Source: Octopus bimaculoides (lineage: Eukaryota). From it: a DNA stretch of 64,000 nt. The stretch is from positions 37,570,075-37,634,074 of the forward strand of contig NC_068997.1 in assembly GCF_001194135.2 (NCBI RefSeq). Reading direction: 5' to 3'. The position numbers were made by a program, and so were the translations under genes. Below the pieces are notes generated by a model that was not told the DNA's origin, made no database searches, and saw nothing but the letters and a program-made list of their open reading frames with translations. The stretch's first letter is position 1. Every line of letters begins with the position of its first letter. Shown here one piece after another: positions 25,771-37,945 of the stretch.

Positions 25771-26039
25771 TGGACAGTATGATGATATGATCACCATTGT
25801 CATTTAACATCCACTTTTCCGTGCATGCATGGGTTAAACAGAATTTGTTCTGGCAGATTTCATATGACCAGATGACATTTCTGTTGCCAATCCTCACCTG
25901 TTTTCAACTAGGTATTGTTTCCTTTAGCCAGTCTTCCACGGAAGACTGGAAATGAAAACATTGTTTTTATGACGATGATGAGGCTCATTTACATCTATCA
26001 TGTAATGCCATGACAAGGGTACACACCAACAAACACATA

Positions 26040-26083
<44 letters not shown>

Positions 26084-26090
26084 TCATCTG

Positions 26091-26168
<78 letters not shown>

Positions 26169-28542
26169 TGTGTGTGTGTGTATAGATAGTTACTGTCTAC
26201 CAAATCCACTCTCTGTGCTTTAGTCAGCCCAGGCCTTTAGTAGAAAACACTTGTTCAAGGTGCCATGCAATTGAACTGAATCCTAGATTATAAGGCTGGG
26301 AAGCAAATTTGACTCAACTCCACAAGACTTAATGTTCCATAGGCATTTAGGAGATGTACAACTCAGATGTTTGAAACCTTACGTACATATATCTGTTGAT
26401 ATATGTATGTATGCATGTGTGTGTATGTGTGTGTGTTTGTATATATATACAGCATTGTCATCATCATAATCATTTAATGTCTGCTTTCAACCTGGCATGG
26501 GTTGGATGGTTTGACAAGAGCTAGCAAGCCCAGAGGGTTATGCCAAGTTATATTGTCTGTTTTGGCATGGTTTCTATGACTGGATGCCTTTCCTAATATA
26601 CATATAAATTTAAAATGCATATATTTATGTTTAAAATTCTAAAAATATTGTACAGTTTTTGTGTAATTTTATTTTATGTACTCAAGTATTACTGCTCACA
26701 TAAAAGAAGCATTTGAATTGTCCTGTTTATTTCTCACTTGTTCTACTGTCTGTGTTCATATCCCATCAAAGTCAACTTTGCCTACCACCTTTCCAGGTTT
26801 GCTAAATTAAAGTGCCACTGATTTGATTTACTCCAGTGTACATTGTCTCCTAGTGTTTTTCATGCATGTGACGTCCAATGTGATGTTTGAGCAAATATTT
26901 TACATGGCCACAGCATTTGTGAGAGGAGGAGCTACTCCCAGCTATTATTAACTTTGAAACACAGAATGACAGAATAATGCCACTCCAATCCTATAAAGAA
27001 ATATATTGTGCATTTGTGTGTACAAGTGCAAATTTTTAATCAATAGAAAGTGAAGAAAAATAATTGCCCATTGCGTAGGTGTATGCACCATCAAGCTATG
27101 CTTCCTGGTGTTTGGTGAGTCTCCAAACATTTGTCCTGTGCTATAGCACTTATTCCAGAGTGGCATAGAAGAAGTTTTGCTTGTGACTATTGGGCAGTGA
27201 TGACTCCTTGGTGATACTGAGGCTACAGTAAATGTTTATTATGTTAATAGGAATTTATGAAATATACTTTTACTTCATTTATCAGTTAAGCTTTACAATA
27301 ATTACATTACTTAAAATAAGTTTTTACGCTAAAAACAAAAACGAATTGAAATATTTTTGTTGTTCTAAAAGATACATGTGTGTGTGTGTGTGTGTGTATC
27401 AAACTATAAATCATTTGATAAAGTATATTTTTATTAATTTGAAAAATTTTGTTAACAGTTGTTATAGTATTTTTTGACAAGCTGGATCTCATTGACAGTT
27501 ATGTGCTTTTTCAAACTTTGCTTTATTTTCAAAGAAGCAAAATATAGGCAATTATTAATTCTTTATTTTAAATTCCCTTCAGAAAAAGCATGGAGAATTA
27601 TTTTAATGAATCATCTTTCAAATTAAAACAAAATCAATACTTACACTTAAAAATTATAACCAAATCAGTCTTCTAATTTTTAAAAATGTTTATTCTCTCT
27701 AGAATACATTACCTAGTAGTATACTTGTCACAAATATCTATCTATATAAGATACAAATTATAAGAAATAAAATTCTGTAAAAAAACGGATGACTATTTAG
27801 TTCATTTGGCTATACTTTTTTGGAAAAAACTATTTTATATCACTATTTTCATCCTCTTCAATACTATTAAAATTTTGAATGAACTAAAATATAAGCAGAA
27901 GGAGGGCAAATGACTTTTAAAGCTGAGAGACTATCAAAAGGTGTTGCTTTTGGCAGCAAAATTGACTTTTTCCTAGATTTGGCCTAGAGCATGGTATAGT
28001 AGGTACTCTAACATTGCTTTCATGGCTCTTTGAGAGAGTTGGCCAAAGACAGGGCTACTTGTATATCAATTAAAATCATCTTAATAAAAGAAGCAGGAAG
28101 GTAGTTGAATGCATGTGGCCCTCTCTAGATGGCTGGCTATCTGTTAAATGGCTATTAACCCTAACCATACCTTAGATTATGCAACCTTTTCATTTCACAT
28201 CTATTCATTCCAGGTCACTGTGTTTCATATATTTATGGTTACACCTTGCAAAACTTAAAATTTTTTTGTGGAAAGTAATTTAAATAAATTCATTGATTTT
28301 ACATTCATTTACATATATTTGAACCATAATGAAATTAAGATAACTGATCAAAGAGTAAATTGACTTCACATCTCACTATTCTACTGTAATGACTATAAAA
28401 ATTCATTTAGTACTTACATTTAATATTTTAGATATTATTTGTTAAAATCTTGACTTCAGCTAAATTACTGTTCTTCAGTTTATTTTTATACATTGTTTGT
28501 ACTTCCCACAAGAAGCTTTTAAGTTTTGTTTGACTTTCCAAG

Positions 28543-28588
28543 CTTCAGCACGGATGGTATTCCCGTTCCAAGTGCTAAATTGATTTAA
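28543..28588 (+). CDS. Candidate short PCBP alternative terminal exon, (S)FSTDGIPVPSAKLI*
   Basis: tttgactttccaag|C TTC AGC ACG GAT...TAA, phase 2; a second in-frame CAG acceptor 6 nt downstream; locally GC/CpG-rich island; no homology support. Confidence 0.25.
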
Positions 28589-28912
28589 TTTCTTACTAAA
28601 TTCTTATGTTGCTTTTGTTTTTGTTCTATCCTCCTATCAACATGTTTTTAAATACTTTCTTGATGTGAACACCACTGGCCATTATTTTTCATAGAACATC
28701 TTATTTTATTTCAACTTTAATTTACTTGTGCTTATCTTTTAAACCCCACTTGATCATGTTGCATCATATTCTGTACTGCTGCTGCTGACCAATCATCTGG
28801 TGTCTATTGCAGATGTATGTTTCTTATGTAGTTACTAACATTTGTGTCCTGTGTAGTTGCACTTCGTTTTGTCTTTGTCTAATACTGATCTCCCTCTCCC
28901 ATTTTTCTACAG

Positions 28913-29165
28913 CATGGAAATGCATAAGAATTTGACCCTTGACCCGGCCTCAACCCCAACAACCACGTCCTTGACCTCTGTTCAGTCCCATCATCCCTTG
29001 GCCATCCCGCTGAATCAGTTGGTGAAACCAATGCCGTATTTAAATGTCCCAGGTGTATTCGACCTGAATAATGATCGCAAACATTTTACGGCCAAAATGC
29101 GGGTTGGGGTGACGGCTAATAGTGCATTGAAGAAAGTGGAACGAGCAAAATTTGCACCTTACTAA
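28913..29165 (+). CDS. PCBP: Poly(rC)-binding protein (PCBP/mub-like), long C-terminal alternative last exon (PCBP4-type tail)
   Basis: Strong acceptor: ctaat branch at 28879, ctccctctcccatttttctacag|. Phase 2 gives (S)MEMHKNLTLD...PLAIPLNQLVKPMPYL...KKVERAKFAPY*. The end matches my recollection of the vertebrate PCBP4 C-terminus KKAERQKFSPY. AATAAA at 29607, 29956 and 30061. Confidence 0.82.
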
Positions 29166-29675
29166 TGTTGAAATACCACATCTACTTCTACTAAGACTTT
29201 CTAGTTCACTTGAAATGGAGTCATCCAAGATTTTCCTATGTGTGAAGACAACTATATTTATTGACAGACATTATAGAAGAAAAATGGAAAAGATTACAGT
29301 AATTGAAGAGGATGTTATTTGTCTAATATCCACAAATTTACTAGCTGAGGTCTATATTTTGTAGAAAGATATGTGCAAGATGCCAAAAATTTTTTTCTGT
29401 AAATGTGTAAAAAGTGAAATAATGATGGAATGAAGTGATAATAATAAGATATCATGTTTTGGTTTACCTACAATGGACATTTTAACAATGTAGGCCCATC
29501 TCCAACATTCCAATTATGTTGTCAGTCAGAGTACTTTTCCTTACCAACCTTTATACCAATGCATTTTCAATATTCATTTATTTACTTCCATTATGTTTAA
29601 TCACCTAATAAATTTGATTATTATGCTTTTTAGTTTATCATTTTGATTGATATTGTTACCACAGCTATCATTTTT

Positions 29676-29679
29676 GTTA

Positions 29680-29731
<52 letters not shown>

Positions 29732-29826
29732 TATTGTTGCTGTTGTTGTTGTTGTTATTGTTGTTGTTATTATTATCATCATCATCATCATCATCATTAT
29801 CATCATCATCATCATCATCGCCATTG

Positions 29827-29905
<79 letters not shown>

Positions 29906-29912
29906 CATCATT
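29676..29912. repeat. Compound trinucleotide repeat (TTA)n(TTG)n(TCA)n(TTA)n
   Basis: Seen directly; it produces the poly-I/L/N/D/Y ORFs in the ORF track. Confidence 0.95.
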
Positions 29913-30335
29913 ATTCACTATTTTTATTTCTTAGCTTTTGTAACAGTGATATTTCAATAAAAGAAATGAATATTGAAATATATTATATTAGCCTGTAGTT
30001 TGCACATTTTAAACTGGTGAATTTGTCTAGTACTTACTCAGTTGGCATGAGTTTTTAAAAAATAAATTACATTTTTACAGTATATAATCAACATACAAGA
30101 CTTATTTAAATTAGAGTTATCTCCATTTTAACAAAATCTATGGATCATTTTAATATCTCATATGTATTTTAAACTGACTGAACAACAAATTTGTGGAGAT
30201 ACCCTGGTATTTATTTTCCTTGTTGATGTCCATTTTTCTTTTACTTTTTACTTTTATGTCACTTATGATTCTATTCCAAAGAAATTCTCTCTGCAGTTGC
30301 CCTGCAGCCTGAAGCGTGATTTTGTGTCTTTGTAG

Positions 30336-30372
30336 GATAACAACAGAAGTTTGTGGAATGGGAATTCGCTAG
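30336..30372 (+). CDS. PCBP: PCBP short alternative last exon (PCBP1/2/3-type tail), (R)ITTEVCGMGIR*
   Basis: ttttgtgtctttgtag|G ATA ACA ACA GAA GTT TGT GGA ATG GGA ATT CGC TAG; same phase 2 as 28913. Matches recalled PCBP3 end RLTSEVTGMGTL and PCBP2 RLSSETGGMGSS. AATAAA at 30909 and 30917. Confidence 0.78.
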
Positions 30373-31641
30373 GTAGATGACGTTTGGACCATTTAAATAT
30401 CGAGATCACGAAAAGCCACTACAGCAATCTGATCTACTGTTATTCATAATGTTTATGTCTTATTTCATACATTTTCACGTGCTTGATCATGTGTACATTT
30501 AGTTAATCATTGTGTTTACCTACAACTATTTTCCACTGTGTTCTGTGTGAGCTACTGCGTTTGAGCACTAACCAAAATTTGTGGTGATGTTGGAATGTTT
30601 ACCCTATCAAGTAGAAGTTTAGTTGCACCTATTTCTTAAAATATCCTGCAGTTAGAGTGGAGAGCTCAACCTTAATGTTGGCCAATATTTCACTCATTTA
30701 TCTAAATACTTAAGTCTCTGTGTGCTAGTGTGTGTGTATGTGATTTGCATGTTTGCATACTTATCAACTTACCTTTCTAACCTTTTAGATAATATATCAA
30801 TTCATATAGTAACTGAGTAGTTATTAAAACTGATGAACTTATCTGAATACATGATACATGTACATTCATGCAGATGTATCCATGTATATACCTTTAGGTA
30901 ATGATATAAATAAAGTAATAAATTTTCAATTAAATTTGCTATTGTAAAAAATAAGTCTCCAATACTTTATATATTATCTTTATTTTCTGAGGTACTACTT
31001 TGATAATTTTATATAAAAAATATCTGTGGTGTTTATTATGAAAAAATCAAATTGCCTAATGAACAGAACTAGAATTTAAAATGTTCCTATATTAATAATC
31101 TAAATCCCATTTTTGTTACTAGTTACTTGGAGAAATCTTATACAATTATAAGTAGCAAATGAGGTGTATTATGATGACAAGTGTTCATAAATATTGATAC
31201 CTACTTAAATACATAGATATATATTGTGTACAAACATATATACACCACTCACACACACATTATCTATAAAATTAACCTCTACATATGTGCATTTTCTTAT
31301 GTGTAAACACAGACCAGAGTTTGCCTTGCTTGCTATTTTATAGTATCAAATATTTTAGAAAATTTACATCATGTAATAATACATGTTGTAATAGAAGTAG
31401 TTTATTATAGTAAAAAATGTTTGCTTCTAAAACATACATTATTTTTATTGCAAGATTAATATCAGAAATCAAAGCATCTTATCTCATAGTTCATCACATA
31501 TGTTCTAAATATAAGTATATAGAAATTAGTTTATCTATATGTTGCTCTATAGTTGTTCGTAAATACTTTATTTACATACACATATTTGCATACATATGAA
31601 TACATACGTGCACACACACACACAGAGCAGACGTGTGTATA

Positions 31642-31682
<41 letters not shown>

Positions 31683-31684
31683 AT

Positions 31685-31782
<98 letters not shown>

Positions 31783-31937
31783 ATGTATGTATTTGTGTGT
31801 GTGTGTATATATATATGTATAGTCAGTCAATTCAAGGATATCTTATCCTCATTAGAGATTAATAAATCCAAAATTTCACTGGTTTAACCTCCATCACATT
31901 AGAAGACACTTTCTACATTGTGCTATGGATTATGATA

Positions 31938-32880
31938 GGTAAAATTAATAAAATAAGAAAATGAAGAGTTAAAGATGTATATTTAATTTATTTGCAACAT
32001 AGTTTGTTTTTAAGATATAAATATATATATATTTTTAAGATATAAATATAGATAAATTTTTAAAAAACACAATAGAAGACTCACAAACCTACTTATGTTC
32101 TGATTGTAGCCCCTTGGTAATGCATAATTCAAAACATTTAGGTTAAATCCAGTGTTAAGAATTTCAGTTGTAAGGGGTAGAATCCCTTCAGGGATCTTGT
32201 TTTAATGATAACGAGGGTTATGTCTTACTTGTAGGAATTCAAATTCATAACTAAAAAGTTTCATATATATATATATATAGTGTGTATGTATTTGATAAGG
32301 AAATATATCCATTATGTAAAAAATATATAAAATAAAGTAAAATACAATACACTTATTTAAAAATATACATTTCAATAATATGAATATTTAGAATATTGTT
32401 ATATCTTTATGGGAAAATAATTATTTTCTCATAAAGATATAGCAATATTTTAAATATTCATATTATTCAAATGTATATTTTTAAATAAGTTTATTGTATT
32501 TTGCTTTGCTTTAAATTTATTTTTACATAATTGATATATTTCCTTACCAAATACATACTATATATATGAAATAACATTTCAAACTTCTTTAGTTATGAAT
32601 TTGAATTCCTACAACTAAGATGTAATTTTTGCCATTATTAAAACTAAATCCCTGAAGAGATTCTATCCCTTACAACTTAAATTCTTAACATTGGATTTAA
32701 CTCAAATGTTTTGAATTATGCATTACCAAGGGGCAGGAATCGAAATATAAGTAGGTTTCTGAGTCTTCTAGTCTGTTTTTTAAAATTTTATTTGTATTTA
32801 TATCTTAAAAACAAACTATGATGCAAATAAATTAAATATACATCTTTAACTCTCCATTTTCTTATGTTATTAATTTTACT
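31938..32880. repeat. About 940-bp spacer-less imperfect palindrome (foldback element)
   Basis: Centre aaaataa|ttatttt at 32420/32421. Arms match over their length, e.g. ccccttggtaatgcataattcaaaacattt versus aaatgttttgaattatgcattaccaagggg. Confidence 0.9.
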
Positions 32881-32899
32881 TATATATATTTGCGAGTGT

Positions 32900-32947
<48 letters not shown>

Positions 32948-33011
32948 NNNNNNNNNNNNNNNNNNNNNNNNNNNNNNNNNNNNNNNNNNNNNNNNNNNNN
33001 NNNNNNNNNNN

Positions 33012-33042
<31 letters not shown>

Positions 33043-36000
33043 TCTTGACAATTTTATATAAATAATGTAGACACATAAATATATAGGTAGATTTGTTCAT
33101 GCTACCCAGTTATTTTATTATTGGAAAATAGTCTAGATTTACAAGTTCAAACAAAATAGCTCTAAACTAATAAATTGCTCTTATGACTATTTTAATTTGG
33201 CTAAAAGTGTGTGCCATTCTATGATGAAATATGCTTAAACATATCGCTCATAATTCATGCATACAATTAAAATGGTGATCTCATTTAACCATTTGTACAA
33301 ATATACATACAACGAAATGTCTCTTGGACTTTAGTTTTCCTTAAACTATCACCGTTGTCAGGTGAAGTGAGACAGTACATTGATAGTGTATATAAATGAT
33401 TGCAATTTTATTCTATTTCTGTTAGAGACAATTTATATTTATATATTACTTCATGTGTGTAAATGTTTATCTCTTCTGATGTACACACACACATCATACC
33501 AAATCTCTCACACTCATGTGTTGTATATATCAGGGTTTATTTCTTGGGGTTTCTTGATTCATTAATGAAATGTTTTCCAACAGCTGAGTCCATTTTAAAT
33601 GGAAAAAAATCTAAAACTTCTTACATCTATTTAAAAACGTAAATGGCTTATTTTCTATTATTCTTTTCTATGATCAAGCTGTGCCAGATTTAAATCAGAT
33701 TGCTGTTGAAATGTAAGCGACCAAAGAGACTAAAAAAAAAAAATTATTTAAAACTTTCTACAATTTGGTATTGTGTTGATAGATGATTTCTTTGTCAGCT
33801 CTTTATTTCTTGTGGCTGGGGTATGTTAATTAAAGTTATTTGCGAAGAAAGAAAAAAAACAGCAAACAAACAAACAAACAAAAAAAGAACAAAGATCATT
33901 TACTTTTCTTTGAGGATATCACTTATAGAAAATATCTAATAGTTAAAATTGAATCTATTTGATGAATAACTGTAAACTAAAATTGAATTTATGATACTGA
34001 TAAATACAGTATTATTTTTATATTATAATTTGATGGGAGGAGCAAATTTTGTACTATTTCTTTAATTTTTGTAGTTTTTGCAAAATTAATTTGATAGTAC
34101 TAGATGATATTTTCAGATTTAGTAGTATGAAATAAAATAAATTCAAAATGGTCAACATACCATTTCATTCCTTGTTGTAAATAAAGGGATGTAAATTAAC
34201 TGTCAATAATATTTTGTTTTTTGTCTTCTCAAAAAGCATTCCTGTAAAGCACTTGTAACTACACCTTGATATCAATCACCATTTCATAATATTGTGAATG
34301 TAAACAAAACCTTTATCTTTTCTAACATAAAATAATATTTCAGCTCAAAATATGTTTAGTTTGAAAATTAATTAATTATTGGAGTCATGGGCCAATACTC
34401 ATCTTTAAAAAATATTGATTATAAATATTTCTATTGTTAAAACTATTAGTTATCTGTGTAAATTTGACAACTTACGTTTGATAAAGCATGGTGCACCACA
34501 GTCCCTTTGATCTCTTAGAAGAAGCTACATGTGAACAATCAAAACTGAGGTATTTCTTTTGAATTCTATAATCTTCAAGGAATATATTATTTAAAAAATT
34601 AGGTTTATATCCATTTGAACTATCTGCACTGTAGTTGCCTAATGGTTGTGTGGTTTGTAAATTTCTAGTTGGTTCTTCTTGGTAAAGAATGATTAAAATA
34701 AATTCTTTTACTCTTCAAAAGTCTTCTTATTTATCTGATAGTAGTAGTTTAAAATTTGAACATTTGCTCAACTTATTTTTCCATTCTGTCTTCCTTAAAA
34801 ATGTATAAATTCTTTCTTGTAAAAATTTGTTTCAAAAATAAATTATCAGTATGGTTGTTAAGAATGGATGTTATAAAACAAGAAAGATTATAAATAAAAT
34901 ATTGAGAAGATTATTTTTTTATCTTTGTGCCAAATATGGGATGTATTTGTTATTTTGATGTATGAATTTTGCAAATAATTTATCCCAAGTAGATCATATT
35001 GACTATTTTATACATTTTAGAATTTCTATAATAATTATCAACTTAAAATTTGATATCGCACACTTGAAATGTGTTGATTCATGTAAGCAATAAATCTATT
35101 CAATCTAACGGTAGCAAGGAAAAAAAATTAAGACTTCTGAGTTTTTAAAAGTTTTATCACTTTTATTTTGTCTTATTGCTTTCTAATTGTGATACCTTTG
35201 TGTGATATCTTTGTGATATTTTGTTATGTCAAGTGTTGTCTGTTGCATTTCTTGTCTGCATTGTTAAATTTAGTTAATATTGTTTGTACTATATGCAAAA
35301 ATCCATGTAGTAGCTATAGAAGTAGTAAATATTCAGTTTGACAAAATTACCATTATGAATGGGCTCAGCTCTCATTAATACTTAACAAAAATGTGTGCTC
35401 AGCAACAATTGCATTATTTTTTAAATTGCAGTCTATCAACATTTTTATTCTCTTTCCCATTAAATTACAGTTCATATATTTTGTTGTATGTTCTCCTTTT
35501 TAGTGTTGTCCATTTACTTCATGATTTACATTTCAGAATAGTATGTAATATTACTATTCTGAGAGTATTCAGTTTTATTTTAAATTTATTGTTGTTAATA
35601 ACATTATTTTTGCACTGTCTTATGAGAGTGATCTTTGGTTATTTATTGGCTCCATTTGGCAGAGAAATACAGAGTTAAAGTATTAATTAAAGAAATTGTT
35701 ATTGCTGGAAATAAAACTACAAGTAACGTGATGGACAGAAATATCAATTTTCAATGACAGATTATGTTAAGATATGTTTTGTTTTCCCAGAACAGAAAAT
35801 ATCACTTTACAAAAACAAAAAAAAACAAAAAAAACAAGTAAACCAATAAATAAATACAGAAAAAAAAAGAAGAAAAAAAAAGAAAAGAGCAACAAAAAAC
35901 AAAAAAAAGCTGTCAAAATAAAAAAAAACAAAAGCAAAACTATAAATATTATATTCTTCAAGTTGGGATAAATAGTCTATTCAAATGTTTATCAGGTTGA

Positions 36001-37877
36001 TGATAGTAATGATGCTGATGGTTGTGGTAGTAGTCTTGATGTTGGTGAAGAGGATGATTACAATGATAATTATGTTGAAGACTAATAAAAAAAAAATAGA
36101 TATCAATACTAACTACATATATTTACATTATATTTTTTGCCTGTAAGTTTTTTTTTAGTCTTTCATCATTAAAATTCTATAAAGATCCCTCACTAATGGA
36201 AACAAAATTTGGCTTTGAAAGACTATCAAAATGTTTTCTCTCCATTTAAATGATCACATAATGCTTAATAAACATAAAACAAAAACTAAATGTGAGTTGT
36301 AAATCACCACAAATGTACAGCTATCAATGTAAATTGTGCAAAACACTGTTCCTGAATATCTTTTTTGTGTCTTCTGAAATAGATTCTTCTATCGAAATCT
36401 CAGAAAATAATTTTATTGGTTAACTTTTCATTATGTACTTTTATTATTTATATTAAGGAATGAAATAGGTATTCACTTTCAAATTTTCACATTTTTCTCT
36501 AATTATAATTTTTGTAATTGTATTTTACATAAAATGTATTTTGATATTTTATACTTATTTATGGAAATTGAAACATGAAATATTCTCTGCTTGTGTATTC
36601 AAGAAATTCAATTGGTTAAATGAGATCCTGTGATAATTCATGAGCCAATGAAAATCTATGCATTGCACTTCGCCTTAGAAGCACCAGCTCTTTTACAATT
36701 TTTTTTTCTTCTTAAGCTAGTTTGCTGCATTATGCCTTATGATGAGGGAGTAAAGTCATACCAAGGAGTCAAAATAGAATAGAACTAGGCATTCTCACCA
36801 TATATTAGATAAATTTAAATTAAGTACTTACGAATTTGACTATATTAGATATATAAACCTCTAAGTGTAAGTTTGTACTGTTGTAAGTGTATGTACATAT
36901 ATATATGTGTGTGTGTATGTATATATATATATACATATATGTATGTGTGTATGTATATATACATACATGCATGTATCTGTGTGTGTATGCATATATATAT
37001 ATATATATATATANNNNNNNNNNNNNNNNNNNNNNNNNNNNNNNNNNNNNNNNNNNNNNNNNNNNNNNNNNNNNNNNNNNNNNNNNNNNNNNNNNNNNNN
37101 NNNNNNNNNNNNNNNNNNNNNNNNNNNNNNNNNNNNNNNNNNNNNNNNNNNNNNNNNNNNNNNNNNNNNNNNNNNNNNNNNNNNNNNNNNNNNNNNNNNN
37201 NNNNNNNNNNNNNNNNNNNNNNNNNNNNNNNNNNNNNNNNNNNNNNNNNNNNNNNNNNNNNNNNNNNNNNNNNNNNNNNNNNNNNNNNNNNNNNNNNNNN
37301 NNNNNNNNNNNNNNNNNNNNNNNNNNNNNNNNNNNNNNNNNNNNNNNNNNNNNNNNNNNNNNNNNNNNNNNNNNNNNNNNNNNNNNNNNNNNNNNNNNNN
37401 NNNNNNNNNNNNNNNNNNNNNNNNNNNNNNNNNNNNNNNNNNNNNNNNNNNNNNNNNNNNNNNNNNNNNNNNNNNNNNNNNNNNNNNNNNNNNNNNNNNN
37501 NNNNNNNNNNNNNNNNNNNNNNNNNNNNNNNNNNNNNNNNNNNNNNNNNNNNNNNNNNNNNNNNNNNNNNNNNNNNNNNNNNNNNNNNNNNNNNNNNNNN
37601 NNNNNNNNNNNNNNNNNNNNNNNNNNNNNNNNNNNNNNNNNNNNNNNNNNNNNNNNNNNNNNNNNNNNNNNNNNNNNNNNNNNNNNNNNNNNNNNNNNNN
37701 NNNNNNNNNNNNNNNNNNNNNNNNNNNNNNNNNNNNNNNNNNNNNNNNNNNNNNNNNNNNNNNNNNNNNNNNNNNNNNNNNNNNNNNNNNNNNNNNNNNN
37801 NNNNNNNNNNNNNNNNNNNNNNNNNNNNNNNNNNNNNNNNNNNNNNNNNNNNNNNNNNNNNNNNNNNNNNNNNNNNN

Positions 37878-37945
<68 letters not shown>

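Noticed and set aside
29630-29960. Poly-Ile/Leu/Asn/Asp/Tyr ORFs, and the many [12 protein letters not shown] ORFs across the window
   Set aside because: They are translations of tri- and dinucleotide microsatellites
33362-33709. Further phase-2 acceptors giving R* (33362) or SCARFKSDCC* (33679)
   Set aside because: No homology support; such short frames are expected by chance in pyrimidine-rich UTR-like DNA
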